NCBI GenBank assembly: GCA_963846995.1 | Contig: CAWJYD010000006.1 | Location: 6,389 to 70,388 of the forward strand | Direction: 5' to 3' | From: an uncultured Gaiellaceae bacterium | Lineage (GTDB): Bacteria; Actinomycetota; Thermoleophilia; Gaiellales; Gaiellaceae | Length of the DNA: 64,000 nucleotides | Part shown: piece by piece, positions 1-9,722 of the stretch | Layout of the letters: the number at the start of each line of letters is the position of its first letter | Numbering within the stretch: the stretch's first letter is position 1 | Position numbers and translations under genes: made by a program | Notes under the pieces: generated by a model | Told to the model about the DNA's origin: nothing | The model's input: only the letters and a program-made list of their open reading frames with translations | The model's database searches: none

Positions 1-2
1 TG

Positions 3-866
3 GTGCACGCAGAGAACGGCGACGCGATCGACGTCCTCGTCAAGCAGGCGCTCGCAGCCGGGAACACCGCACCGCACTTCCACGCGCTGACGCGTCCCCC
101 CGAGACCGAAGGCGAGGCGACGAACCGCGCGATCCAGCTCGCGCGGGTCGCGGGTGCGCCGCTCTACGTCGTGCACGTCTCGTGCAAGGAGGCGGTCGAC
201 CCGATCGCACGGGCACGCGAGCTCGGCTGGGACGTCTGGGGCGAGACCTGCACGCAGTACCTCTTCATCGACTACACGTATCTCGAGCGGCCCGACTTCG
301 AGGGCGCGAAGTACGTGTACACGCCCCCTCCGCGCGCGATCGAGAACCAGGACGTGCTCTGGCACGCCGTGCGCTCGGACATCCTCTCGGCGATCTCGAC
401 CGACCACTGCGCGTTCCTCTGGGACGGGCAGAAGTCGCTCGGCAGGGACGACTTCTCGAAGATCCCGAACGGCGGGCCCGGTCTCGAGAACCGGCTGCAC
501 ATGATCCACGAGTTCGGCGTCCGGGCGGGTCGCATCTCCCTGAACCGGATGGTCGAGCTCCTCGCGACGAACCCGGCGAAGCTCTTCGGCCTCTACCCGC
601 GCAAGGGCACGATCGCACCGGGCTCCGACGCGGACATCGTGATCTTCGATCCCGACAAGCGGCACCTCATCACTGCTGCGACGCAGCATTCGAAGACGGA
701 CTACAACCTGTACGAGGGAACCGAGGTGACGGGCTCGCCCGAGACCGTCCTCCTTCGTGGCAACGTACTCGTCGAGGGAGGCGAGCTCGTCGCGGAGCCC
801 GGCGTCGGGCAGTTCGTCCAGCGAGCCGCGTTCGGGCAGGAACTCCTGCCTGCTGCTACGAAGTAG
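3..866 (+). CDS. D-hydantoinase / dihydropyrimidinase, C-terminal part (the 5' end lies outside the window)
   Basis: The ORF is open to the window edge. The translation (..APLYVVHVSC..ISTDHCAF..IPNGGPGLENRL..GSDADIVIFDP..) has the cyclic-amidohydrolase (hydantoinase/dihydropyrimidinase) layout. No frame breaks. Confidence 0.85.
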   Translation: MHAENGDAIDVLVKQALAAGNTAPHFHALTRPPETEGEATNRAIQLARVAGAPLYVVHVSCKEAVDPIARARELGWDVWGETCTQYLFIDYTYLERPDFEGAKYVYTPPPRAIENQDVLWHAVRSDILSAISTDHCAFLWDGQKSLGRDDFSKIPNGGPGLENRLHMIHEFGVRAGRISLNRMVELLATNPAKLFGLYPRKGTIAPGSDADIVIFDPDKRHLITAATQHSKTDYNLYEGTEVTGSPETVLLRGNVLVEGGELVAEPGVGQFVQRAAFGQELLPAATK

Positions 867-958
867 CGCATGCGGGTACCAGACACTGGGAACCGCCGCG
901 GTTTGCGCGGCAGCGGCGTTCACGTACGTGGGCTCCGCGCGCTCGCGCGCTAGCTGCA

Positions 959-1001
959 CGGAGGTGCGCCGGGCACCTTCCCCCTTGTCCGGCGCCCTCC
1001 G
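959..1001. terminator. Imperfect GC-rich hairpin between convergent genes (possible bidirectional terminator)
   Basis: cggaggtgcgccgg (959-972) pairs with ccggcgccctccg (989-1001) around a 16-nt loop. It lies between the stop at 866 (+) and the stop at 1014 (-). There is no T-tract. Confidence 0.4.
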
Positions 1002-1013
1002 TGCAAGTCTCGG

Positions 1014-1646
1014 TCAGCCCTTGTTGAACGGCCTCACGAGCGGGTTCATCCCGGAGTAGATGCCGTCCGAGTTCGGGTACCAGACCCACAGGTGCAGCGT
1101 GACGAAGTCCGGGTGCCAGAACGCGAACGCGGCACCCGACTGCGGGCTCTGCTGCGCGCAGTCGGACTGGGCGGCCGCGAAGACGAACGTGCCGTCCTTG
1201 TAGTGGCACGCGGCTCCGAACGACCCGTACGTCGCACCGGGGAGCGGGTTCTTGGCCGGCTTCGACGTGAACACCCACTCGAAGGCGCCGAGCTGCCACT
1301 CGCTGCCCCGCTTCTCGTATACGAGGATCGGGGGCTTCGTGACGTCGAACTTCGTGTAGGCCGGGTTCATGAAGTGCCACCCCATGTCCGGGATCATCTG
1401 CGTGACGGTGACCGTGTAGCCGTCGCGCTTCGCAGCGGCGAGGTTGCTCGCGTACTTCGCCGTCGCGATTCTGGCCTTCGCCAGCACCGGCGCAAGAGCG
1501 GCCGGGACCGCGACCCCACCCGAGGCGTCGTGATGTGCCATGTGCATCGTTGCCGTCGGAGCCTGCGAGCTCCACGCCGCACCGGCGAAGACGATCGCAG
1601 AGAGTGCCGCCGTTACGGCAACGGCCGGGATCCAAGAGCGGATCAT
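1014..1646 (-). CDS. Secreted protein of unknown function (N-terminal signal peptide)
   Basis: Intact 210-aa ORF with a hydrophobic N-terminus (MIRSWIPAVAVTAALSAIVFAGAAW). An AAGGAG ribosome-binding site sits 13 nt downstream of the preceding gene's stop. I do not recognise the family. Confidence 0.7.
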   Translation of the reverse strand: MIRSWIPAVAVTAALSAIVFAGAAWSSQAPTATMHMAHHDASGGVAVPAALAPVLAKARIATAKYASNLAAAKRDGYTVTVTQMIPDMGWHFMNPAYTKFDVTKPPILVYEKRGSEWQLGAFEWVFTSKPAKNPLPGATYGSFGAACHYKDGTFVFAAAQSDCAQQSPQSGAAFAFWHPDFVTLHLWVWYPNSDGIYSGMNPLVRPFNKG

Positions 1647-1659
1647 CGGTGATCTCCTT

Positions 1660-1956
1660 TCACTGAGCGGCCGCCGGCGCGGAGCCCGGTACCCCCGGCA
1701 CCGTTGCGGCGACCCTCACGATTTCGTCGACTGGGAGCCCCGACGCCGCGGAGTACCGCCGAAGCGCCTCGGGGCTTGGTGCTTCGTAGATGCAGACGGC
1801 CCCGACCCCTTCGTGCGATTCGTCGAGGACGTAGGCGTGCACGAGCCCGACGGTCTCGAGGCGATGCTCCGCCCCGGCGTCGGCTCGGGCGAGCGCGTCC
1901 AACGCTTCGTGTGTGGTCTGCCACGCCCCGCGTCGCACGATCAGGTACGTCTGCAT
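1660..1956 (-). CDS. DUF4242-like small protein
   Basis: Intact 98-aa ORF. The C-terminal motif ..VCIYEAPSPEALRRYSAASGLPVDEIVRV resembles the DUF4242 signature (CvYxAPsxEAxxxhaxxxGlPaDxIxeV) as I recall it. Confidence 0.7.
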   Translation of the reverse strand: MQTYLIVRRGAWQTTHEALDALARADAGAEHRLETVGLVHAYVLDESHEGVGAVCIYEAPSPEALRRYSAASGLPVDEIVRVAATVPGVPGSAPAAAQ

Positions 1957-2023
1957 CGACGCGACGGTACGACCGGCCCTGCGAGCGCGGCATCGGCAGC
2001 ACTACCCAGGTTGGGGCGCGGCG

Positions 2024-4654
2024 CTACCCGTCTTTCAGAAGACCGCGACCGGCTGCGGTCGCGACGGCTTCTCCGCGCGTCTTCACGTCGAGCTTGCGCA
2101 GGATCGCCGAGACGTGGTGGTCGACGGTCTTCCGGGAGACGACGAGTCGCTCGGCGATCTCGGCGTTGCGCAGGCCCTCGGCGACGAGCGCAAGAACCTC
2201 GCTCTCCCGGCTCGTCAGGCCGGCCGGGTTCGCGAGCGTCGTCGCCCGTGGGCCGCGCGGCACACCGTGCGCTCCCTGCTCGCGCAGGCGGCGGGCGACG
2301 ACGGTCGACGCAGCGCGAGCGCCGAGCTCCGTGAGCTCGTCGAGCCCGCGTCTCTGCGCCTCTTCGTCGCCGTCCGAGCGGGCCAGCGCAGCCTCGTACG
2401 GGCTCTCGAGCGCAGTCCAGGCGTCCGCTGCCTCCTGCCACTTCCCGGCCACCTGCAGGAGATGCGGCGTCTCGGTGTCCGGCGTCGCCTCGAGCTCGTT
2501 CGCGCGCCACAGCCAGTACGAGAGCTCGCCGACGACCCAAGCCTGGCGCCGCTTCCGTGCGAGCTCGACCGCCGACGCGAGATCGCCGGAGACGAGGCCG
2601 GGCCGTCCTTCCAGCCAGGCTGCTTCCGCACGCGCAGCGACGGCGGGTTCGATCCGCTGCAACTCGGCAGTCGGAGAGGCGAGTCGCCAGGCTTCGTCGA
2701 GAGCCGGCCAGACGCCCGGATCTCCTCGCCGCGCCCGGACGAGCCCGAGCACCGACAGAGCGACGATCCGGGGCATCGGCGAGCTCCGCTGGTCGTCGAC
2801 GACGCGCTGGGCAGTCTCGAGTGCGTCGTCCCAGCGTCCGCGGTCGAGGCTGGAGCGCGCGTGGTAGGCGAGGAGGTACAGCCGCCAGAGATCGATGCCA
2901 TGGGCCTCGCAGTACTCGAGGCCCTCGGCGAGATGCTCGTCGGCGTTCGCGTACCAGCGCCCTCGCGGGGCCCACCAGACCCGCATCACGAACGTTCGTC
3001 CAGCGTGCTCGTGAAGTCCTGCCGCGTGGGCGTGCCGGTAGATCCCGGTCACGCGTGCCGGAGCGCCCGGCTCGCGGTTGAGCATCGCCAGCTGCGTCAT
3101 GTTCCCGAGCGCGTAGAGCAAGGACTCGTCGTCGCCGAGCTGCTCCGCGAGCGCCCGTGCCTTCTCGCCCCACGCGAGGGTGGGCTTCACGTCCTCCACG
3201 GACATGTACAGGTGGGACAGATTGGCGTACGCCATCGCGAGCTCGCGTCCCGGCGGCGGGACGCGCTCCAGTCGCTCGACGGCCTCGTGCGCAGCAGCGA
3301 AGGCCTCGTCGACGCGTCCCGTGTAGCGAAGCAACCGCGCGAACGAGCGAAGCGCGTCGCACTCGGCGCGAGGGTCCCCGAGGCTGCGCCGGAGCCCGAG
3401 CGCTCGCTGCTGGGCGTCGAGCGCCCTGTCGAACTCGCCCGTGAGGTAGCACTCGTGCGAGAGGCGCTCGAAGAGGTCTGCTCGATCGACGTCCGGTTGC
3501 GCGTCGGCAAAACGGATCGTTCGGAAGTACTGGGTCGCTGCCTCGCTGTGTGCGCCGACCGACGCGGCGCGCTTCGCGGCGGCGGGCGCATGGCGCAGGA
3601 CGCTCCCGGTGTCGCCGGCACCCTCGGCGTGGTACGCGAGCCGCGCGACGTCGACCGGGTCCGTGGACGCCTCGAGCGCGGCCAGAACCAACCGATGCAA
3701 CGTCGCCACGCGATCTGGCCGGAGCGAGTCTTCGATCGCGAGACGGACGAGCTCGTGACGGAATGCCAGCGTGCCGGCGGTCGCCGCGAGGAGACCGGAG
3801 GTGAGGCAGTCGTCGAGGTCCGAGCCCACCTGCGCGCCGAGAGCGTCCAGGAGCCAGAGCTCCGTCGGCTGCGGGACGACCGACACCGTCTCCAGGAGCG
3901 AGCGTGCCGACGTGCAGAGGCGTGCGGCGCGCGCGAGCACAGCGTCGCGTACCGATTCGGGAATCGAGGTTCCACCCGCGGCCAGCACCTCCGTGACGAA
4001 CAGCGGGTTCCCTCCGGTCTTCCGGTGGAGCTCGCCGGCGTCGACGCCGTACGGCGCCGCCAGCGAGGCGACGGCGGCGAGCGAGAGAGACTCTACGTGG
4101 AGCCTCTGGACTGCCCGGCTCGACGCGAGCTCGCCGATCACGAGCCGGAGCCCGTGCGCAGGACCGACCTCGTGGCCGCGGTAGCTCACGAGCACGAGCG
4201 CGGGGAGCTCCTCGACGCGTCGAGCGATCAGGCGAAGAACGTCGAGGCTCGCCTCGTCGGCCCAGTGCATGTCGTCGAGGACGAGGATCGTCGGCTTCGC
4301 ACCTCGCCCCAGCTCGCGCTGCAGGGCTGCCGCGACCTCGTATGCCTTGGCCCCGCTCTCGATCGCACTGTTGAGACCGCCGCCTGCGCTCTGGGCGACA
4401 TCGGCGAACGGCCCCAACGGCCGTGGGGTGAAGAGCGGATCGCATGCGCCCCAGAGCGCGCGCGCCGGCCCGGCGTATCGTGCAAGGAAGCCTCGGAGCA
4501 GCGCCGTCTTCCCGACGCCGGCCTCGCCCTCGACGAAGACGAGTCGGCCTCGTCCGCCGAGGGCGTCGTCGAGTTCGCGCGCAAGAAGCTCGAGCGCCGC
4601 CTCCCGTTCGAGCAGCGGCGCCTCCTGAGCGCTCGTCGCCGGCGCCGACGTCAT
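2024..4654 (-). CDS. LuxR/LAL-family transcriptional regulator (N-terminal AAA ATPase, TPR-like middle region, C-terminal LuxR HTH)
   Basis: Intact 876-aa ORF. It has a Walker A motif (GEAGVGKT), a long helical repeat region, and a C-terminal ..LTSRESEVLALVAEGLRNAEIAERLVVSRKTVDHHVSAILRKL.. helix-turn-helix. Confidence 0.85.
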   Translation of the reverse strand: MTSAPATSAQEAPLLEREAALELLARELDDALGGRGRLVFVEGEAGVGKTALLRGFLARYAGPARALWGACDPLFTPRPLGPFADVAQSAGGGLNSAIESGAKAYEVAAALQRELGRGAKPTILVLDDMHWADEASLDVLRLIARRVEELPALVLVSYRGHEVGPAHGLRLVIGELASSRAVQRLHVESLSLAAVASLAAPYGVDAGELHRKTGGNPLFVTEVLAAGGTSIPESVRDAVLARAARLCTSARSLLETVSVVPQPTELWLLDALGAQVGSDLDDCLTSGLLAATAGTLAFRHELVRLAIEDSLRPDRVATLHRLVLAALEASTDPVDVARLAYHAEGAGDTGSVLRHAPAAAKRAASVGAHSEAATQYFRTIRFADAQPDVDRADLFERLSHECYLTGEFDRALDAQQRALGLRRSLGDPRAECDALRSFARLLRYTGRVDEAFAAAHEAVERLERVPPPGRELAMAYANLSHLYMSVEDVKPTLAWGEKARALAEQLGDDESLLYALGNMTQLAMLNREPGAPARVTGIYRHAHAAGLHEHAGRTFVMRVWWAPRGRWYANADEHLAEGLEYCEAHGIDLWRLYLLAYHARSSLDRGRWDDALETAQRVVDDQRSSPMPRIVALSVLGLVRARRGDPGVWPALDEAWRLASPTAELQRIEPAVAARAEAAWLEGRPGLVSGDLASAVELARKRRQAWVVGELSYWLWRANELEATPDTETPHLLQVAGKWQEAADAWTALESPYEAALARSDGDEEAQRRGLDELTELGARAASTVVARRLREQGAHGVPRGPRATTLANPAGLTSRESEVLALVAEGLRNAEIAERLVVSRKTVDHHVSAILRKLDVKTRGEAVATAAGRGLLKDG

Positions 4655-4708
4655 CCGACTATCGTGCTCCTGTCGTCACAGCCGTGGAGCAAGGCTAGGA
4701 TCGGGTCG

Positions 4709-6096
4709 ATGGCTCTGGTCGAGGCGAACCCGAACCTCGGGGCGCAGATCGTCGAGGACGCGAAGGAGTACGTCCTCTACTCCTGGTCCGTGCAGGACGC
4801 GATCAACCCGATCGCGGTCGCCGGCGCGGAGGGCCGCTACTTCTGGGACTACGAGGGCACGCGCTACCTCGACTTCGCGTCGCAGCTCGTCAATGTCAAC
4901 ATCGGGCACCAGCATCCGAAGATCGTCGCGGCGATCAAGGAGCAGGCGGACCGGCTCTGCACGATCGGCCCGCCCATGGCCTCCGAGTCGCGCTCGCGTC
5001 TCGGGCGGTTGCTCGAGGAGGTGACGCCCGGCGACCTGTGCATGTCGTTCTTCACGAACTCGGGCGCTGAGGCGAACGAGAACGCGATCAAGCTTGCGCG
5101 ACTCGCCACCGGCCGGAACAAGATCGTCGCCCGCTACCGCTCCTACCACGGCGCGACGCACGGCTCGATCCTCCTCACCGGCGACCCGCGCCGCTGGCCG
5201 AACGAGCCGGGCATGGGCGGCGTCGTGCGGATGTTCGACCCGTACACCTACCGCTGTCCGGCGGGACACCCCGATCCGTGCCCCGTGTGCACGGGAGCGC
5301 CGCACCTCGAGGAGATCCTCGAGTACGAGGGCGCGCACACCGTGGCCGCCGTGATCCTCGAGACGGTCACCGGTACGAACGGGATCATCCCCCCGCCTCC
5401 CGGCTACCTGCAGTCGATCCGCGAGGTCTGCGACCGGCACGGGATCCTGCTCGTCCTCGACGAGGTGATGGCGGGCTTCGGCCGCACCGGTCGCTGGTTC
5501 GCGTGCGACAACTGGGACGTCGTCCCAGACATCCTCACCGTCGCGAAGGGCATCAACTCCGGCTACGTCCCGCTCGGCGCGATGATCATCCGCGAGCACC
5601 TGAAGGAGTGGGTGCGCGGGAGGCTCTTCCCCGGCGGGCTGACGTACGCCGGCCATCCGCTCGCCTGCGCGTCGGCGGTCGCATCGATCGAGGCGTTCCA
5701 GGAGGAGGGCGTCGTCGAGAACGCATCCGAGGTCGGCGCGTATCTCGGCGACCGGTTGCGCGGGCTGGCGGCGGGCACCCGTCGATCGGCGAGGTGCGCG
5801 GGCTCGGGTGCTTCTGGGGCGTCGAGCTCGTCAAGAGCCGCGCGACCCGCGAGATGCTCGTCCCCTTCAACGCGTCCGGCGAGGCCGCCGCTCCGATGGC
5901 ACGGGTCGCGAAGGCCGCGCTCGATCGTGGTCTCTACCTGATGACGCACTGGAACGTGATCATGGTCGTGCCGCCGCTCACGATCACGCGCGACGAGGTG
6001 GACGAGGGCATCGCGATTCTCGACGAAGCGCTCTCGATCGCCGACGAGCACGCCGAGCTGAGGCCTCTACTTCTCCCCCTCTCTTTCCTATGGTGA
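4709..6096 (+). pseudogene. Class-III (omega-amino acid / beta-alanine-pyruvate type) aminotransferase, with one frame break as assembled
   Basis: ATG at 4709 (MALVEANPNLG..). It contains ..FTNSGAEANENAIKLAR.., ..DEVMAGFGRTGRWFA.. and ..TVAKGINSGYVPLGA... The frame switches at the G-run 5773-5775: ..LRGLAAG is followed in the other frame by HPSIGEVRGLGCFWGVELV.. The C-terminus ends at TGA 6094-6096. Confidence 0.85.
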
Positions 6097-7221
6097 GCGA
6101 GGTCGCCGAGCTCGCGGCGCGGCTCGTCGAGATCGAGTCGATCAACCCCGACGTCGTGCCCGGCGGCTCCGGGGAGGTCGAGATCGCGCGTTTCGTCGCC
6201 GGCTGGTGCGAGCGCGCAGGGCTCGAGACGACCCTCTCGGACCGCGCCGGGACGCCCCAACGTCGTCGCCGTCGCACGGGGGCTGGGCGGCGGCTCCACG
6301 CTCATCCTGAACGCTCACATCGACACGGTCGGCGTCGCGGGGATGACGCGCCGTTCGAGCCCCGCCTCGAAGGCGGTCGGCTCTACGGGCGTGGCGCCTA
6401 CGACATGAAGGGGAGCCTGGCCGCGTGCATGCTCGCAACCGCAGAGTCGGCGCGGCGGGGGCTGCGCGGCGACGTGATCCTCACCGCCGTCTCCGACGAG
6501 GAGTTCGCGAGCGTCGGAACGGAGGCGGTCGCGGCGAGCCTCTCTGCGGCGACGCCGCGATCGTCGCCGAGCCGACGGAGCTCCAGCTCGCGGTGGCGCA
6601 CCGCGGGTTCGTGCACGTCGCGCTCGAGACGATCGGCCGGGCAGCGCACGGCTCGCGCCCGCATCTCGGCATCGACGCGATCGCGAAGATGGGCCGCGTC
6701 CTCGTCGGCGTCGAGGAGCTCGACCGTCGGCTGCGTGCGAGCCCGACCCACCCGCACCTCGGGAGCGGGAGCGTGCACGTCTCGCTGATCGAGGGTGGCC
6801 AGGAGTACTCGAGCTACCCCGCTCACTGCGTCGTCCAGGCCGAGCGGCGGACGATCCCGGGCGAGACGGTCGAGCTGGTCGAGGCGAGCTGCGCGAGATC
6901 CTCGAGCGGGCCGGCGCGGGCGACCCGGACTTCGGGGGGGACGTTCACGTGATCGCCTCGCGCGAGCCGTTCGAGGTCGACGAGACGAGCGAGCTCGTGG
7001 GCATCGTCCGGGCGCTGCCGCGCGTCCTCGGAGCCGAGCCCGAGCTCGTCGGCGTGTCGTTCTGGGCGGACTCCGCGCTGCTCGCCGCCGCGGGGATGCC
7101 GACCGTGCTCTTCGGCCCGCTCGGGGAGGGAGCGCACGCCGAGGTCGAGTGGGTCGACGTCGGGTCGCTCGAGCGCTGCGTCGAGACCTACGTCGCCGTC
7201 GCGGCCGAGCTCTGCGCCTAG
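6090..7221 (+). pseudogene. M20-family metallopeptidase/deacylase (ArgE/DapE/ACY1-like), with about 4 frame breaks as assembled
   Basis: It starts MVSEVAELAARLVEIESINP. Conserved blocks (..NVVAVARGLGGGSTLILNAHIDTV.., ..GRGAYDMKGSLAA.., ..AVAHRGFVHVALETIGRAAHGS.., ..VSFWADSALL..) lie in different frames, with hand-overs near 6250, 6351, 6543 and 6885. Confidence 0.8.
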
Positions 7222-7990
7222 CGCAGCGAGGAACGCGGCGATCGCCGCGGCCGTCTCGTCGAGGGCGTCCCACAGGACCGAGTGGCCGCCCGGGACGACG
7301 ACGACCTCGAGTAGGTCGCCCAGCGCGGCTCGATGGGCGTCGAGCAGGTGGTCGTACGGGAGGTAGGAGCGCTCGCCGAGCACGAGGAGGGTCGGGACGC
7401 GGACGTCCTCGAAGCGCGGTGGCCGAGAGGCCATCTCTCCATACGCGGCGACGACCGCGGACTGGCAGTAGCGGTAGCGCAGGCGACCGTCGTCGCCGGC
7501 GTCTCGACGTGCTGCGCGAGGTCCTCGACGACGAGCTCCTCGGCGCGCGAAGTGGAGCTGGCTCTCGTCGAAACGGCGCTCGATCAGATCGTCGAAGGAG
7601 ACGTACGCCTTCTCCTCGCGTGCGTTCTCGGCGGCGGCGAGCGCCACGTGTCCGGGGAGCAGGATCGCCGGGTCGAGGAGGACGAGCTTCGGGACGAGCT
7701 TCGGCGCGCGCGCGGCGAGCTCGAACGCGAGGCGTCCGCCGAAGGAGTGGCCGACGAGCACGGACTCGCGGGCGCCGACCGTCTCGACGATCGCGGCGAG
7801 GTGCGCTCCGATGTCCCACGGCGGCTCCCAGGGCGAGTGGCCGTGGCCGAGCAGGTCGGGCGCGAGGACGCGGTGGCCCGGCAGCCCGGCGGCGAGCCCC
7901 GCGAAGTGCCCGCCGTGGTTGCGCACGCCGTGCAGGCAGACGACCCGCGGCGCTCCCGGGTCGCCCCACTCGTGGAGCGGCGAGGGTCAC
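7218..7990 (-). pseudogene. Alpha/beta-fold hydrolase, with at least 4 frame breaks as assembled
   Basis: It contains ..PLHEWGDPGAPRVVCLHGVRNHGGHFAGLA..GHGHS..LVGHSFGG..VVPGGHSVLWD... The GTG start at 7990 overlaps the upstream stop (GTGA), but the frame is lost within a few codons. There is an internal compensating pair near 7545/7497. The expected TAG at 7218-7220 is out of frame with the last homologous segment. Confidence 0.7.
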
Positions 7991-8455
7991 TCCGTGGCTC
8001 CGAGCGCGTCGAGCGAGTCCGGGACCAGCTCCGTCCGGCGCTCGTCGCGCTCCTTCACGAGCGACCAGATGACGGTGCCGTCGCGGTCGATGAGGAAGGT
8101 CCCGCGGTGCGGCGCTCCGTTCGCCTCGTTGAAGACGCCGTACGCCTTCGCCGCCGCTCCGTGCGGCCAGAAGTCGGACGCGAAGGTGTACTCGGCGCCG
8201 AGCTCCTTCTTCCACGCCTGGCGGGCCGCCGACGGGTCGCACGAGACGAAGACGATCTCGGTGCCGGCGTCGCGGAACGACTCGAGGTTCTCCTGCAGGT
8301 CGCGGGCCTCGTCCTCGCAGACCGGGCGTGAAGGCGAACGGGTGGAAGACGAGGAGGACGTTCGAGCGGCCGCGGAAGTCGGAGAGCCGCACGCGCTCGC
8401 CGTGCGTCACCGCGAGGTCGAACTCGGGTGCCGCGTCACCTGTCTTCACCGCCAT
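7987..8455 (-). pseudogene. bcp: Peroxiredoxin (Bcp/AhpC-TSA type), with one frame break as assembled
   Basis: It starts MAVKTGDAAPEFDLAVTHGERVRLSDFRGRSNVLLVFHPFAFTP and then shifts frame at the run 8324-8326. The continuation VCEDEARDLQENLESF..PHRGTFLIDRDGTVIW..GATE* is in another frame. Confidence 0.8.
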
Positions 8456-9712
8456 CCGCCTGCTCCTCTCCCGATCCGGACGGCCGATAGTACCGCCGCC
8501 CGCGCAGCTCCTCCGGGAGGTACGAGACGTCGAAGCCGCGCAGGGTCGTCGTGCGGGTAGAGGTAGCCCTCGCCGTGGCCCCGCGCCTTCGCGGCCGCCT
8601 TGTGGCCGGTCGAGCGGAGCATCGCGGGCGGTCGGGCGTTCCCGTGCTCGCGGACGTCCCGCGCGCCTCCCAGATGGCGACGGCCGACGGCGTTCGACTT
8701 CGGCGCGCGAGCGAGGTAGATGGCCGCCTGCGCGAGGTTGAGCTGCGCCTCCGGCAGGCCGACGTGCTCGAGCGCCTGCGCCGCCGCGACCGCGACGACG
8801 AGCGCGTTCGGGTCGGCGTTTCCGACGTCCTCGGAGGCGAGGATCACCATGCGCCGCGCGATGAAGCGCGGATCCTCGCCCGCCTCGAGCATCGCGGCGA
8901 GGTAGTAGACGGACGCGTCGGCGTCGCCGCCGCGCATCGACTTGATGAAGGCGGAGGCGAAGTCGTAGTGCTGGTCGCCCTTGCGGTCGTACAGGAGCGG
9001 CCGCTTCCGCGAGGCGTCGAGGACGTGGCTCTCCGAGACGGCGCGCCCTCGGCGCCGCGGTCGCCGCGGCGAGCTCGAGGATCTGGAGCGCGGCGCGAGC
9101 GTCGCCGCCCGCGCGCTGCGCGATGAGCGTCGACGCACGCGGCCGCCTCGACGCCGAGCGCTGCGCGCGCCCCGCTCGAGGATCGACGACGAGCTCGTCC
9201 TCCGAGAGCGCGGTCAGCTCGATCACCGTGCAGCGCGAGAGCAACGCCGAGTTCACCTCGAAGTAGGGGTTCTCGGTCGTCGCTCCGATGAGCGTCACGA
9301 GCCCGTCCTCGACCGCGTGCAGCACCGAGTCCTGCTGGGCCTTGTTGAAGCGGTGGATCTCGTCGATGAACAGGATCGTCCGGGCGCCGTTGCCGCCGAG
9401 CCGGTCGCGGGCGCGCGCGATCACACCACGCACGTCGTCGACCCGTGCGGAGACGGCCGACATCTCCTCGAACGCGGCTCCCGTCCGCTCCGCGACGATC
9501 CGGGCGATCGTCGTCTTCCCGGTGCCGGGCGGCCCGAAGAGGATCATCGAGGGAGGCCGGTCCTCCTCGATCGCGAGGCGCAGGGCCGAGCCCGGGCCGA
9601 GCACGTGCTGCTGGCCGACGAGCTCGTCGAGCGAGGTCGGCCGCAGGCGCACCGCGAGCGGGGCGTTCTCCGCCTGGCGCTCCCGCGCCGCCTCGCTGAA
9701 GAGGTCGGCCAT
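8436..9712 (-). pseudogene. rarA: Replication-associated recombination protein A (AAA ATPase RarA/MgsA), with at least 4 frame breaks as assembled
   Basis: The N-terminus is intact: ..[47 protein letters not shown]... The C-terminal half (..KGDQHYDFASAFIKSMRGGDADASVYYLAAMLEAGEDPRFIARRMVILASEDVGNADP..) is in other frames, with hand-overs near 9185, 9128, 9053 and 8543. Confidence 0.85.
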
Positions 9713-9722
9713 GCGCGAAGTA

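Noticed and set aside
1913-5941. A 1342-aa plus-strand ORF, the longest in the track.
   Set aside because: Most of it (1913-4700) is antisense to the LAL regulator and has Arg/Ala/Pro-rich nonsense composition, typical of stop-free antisense frames in high-G+C DNA. Only the part from the ATG at 4709 is the real aminotransferase gene.
6398-9712. An 1104-aa minus-strand ORF.
   Set aside because: Only its first about 180 codons (the RarA N-terminus) and a short stretch at the bcp start are genuine coding sequence. The rest is an out-of-frame or antisense read through rarA, bcp, the hydrolase and the M20 gene, with Arg/Pro/Ala-rich low-complexity translation.
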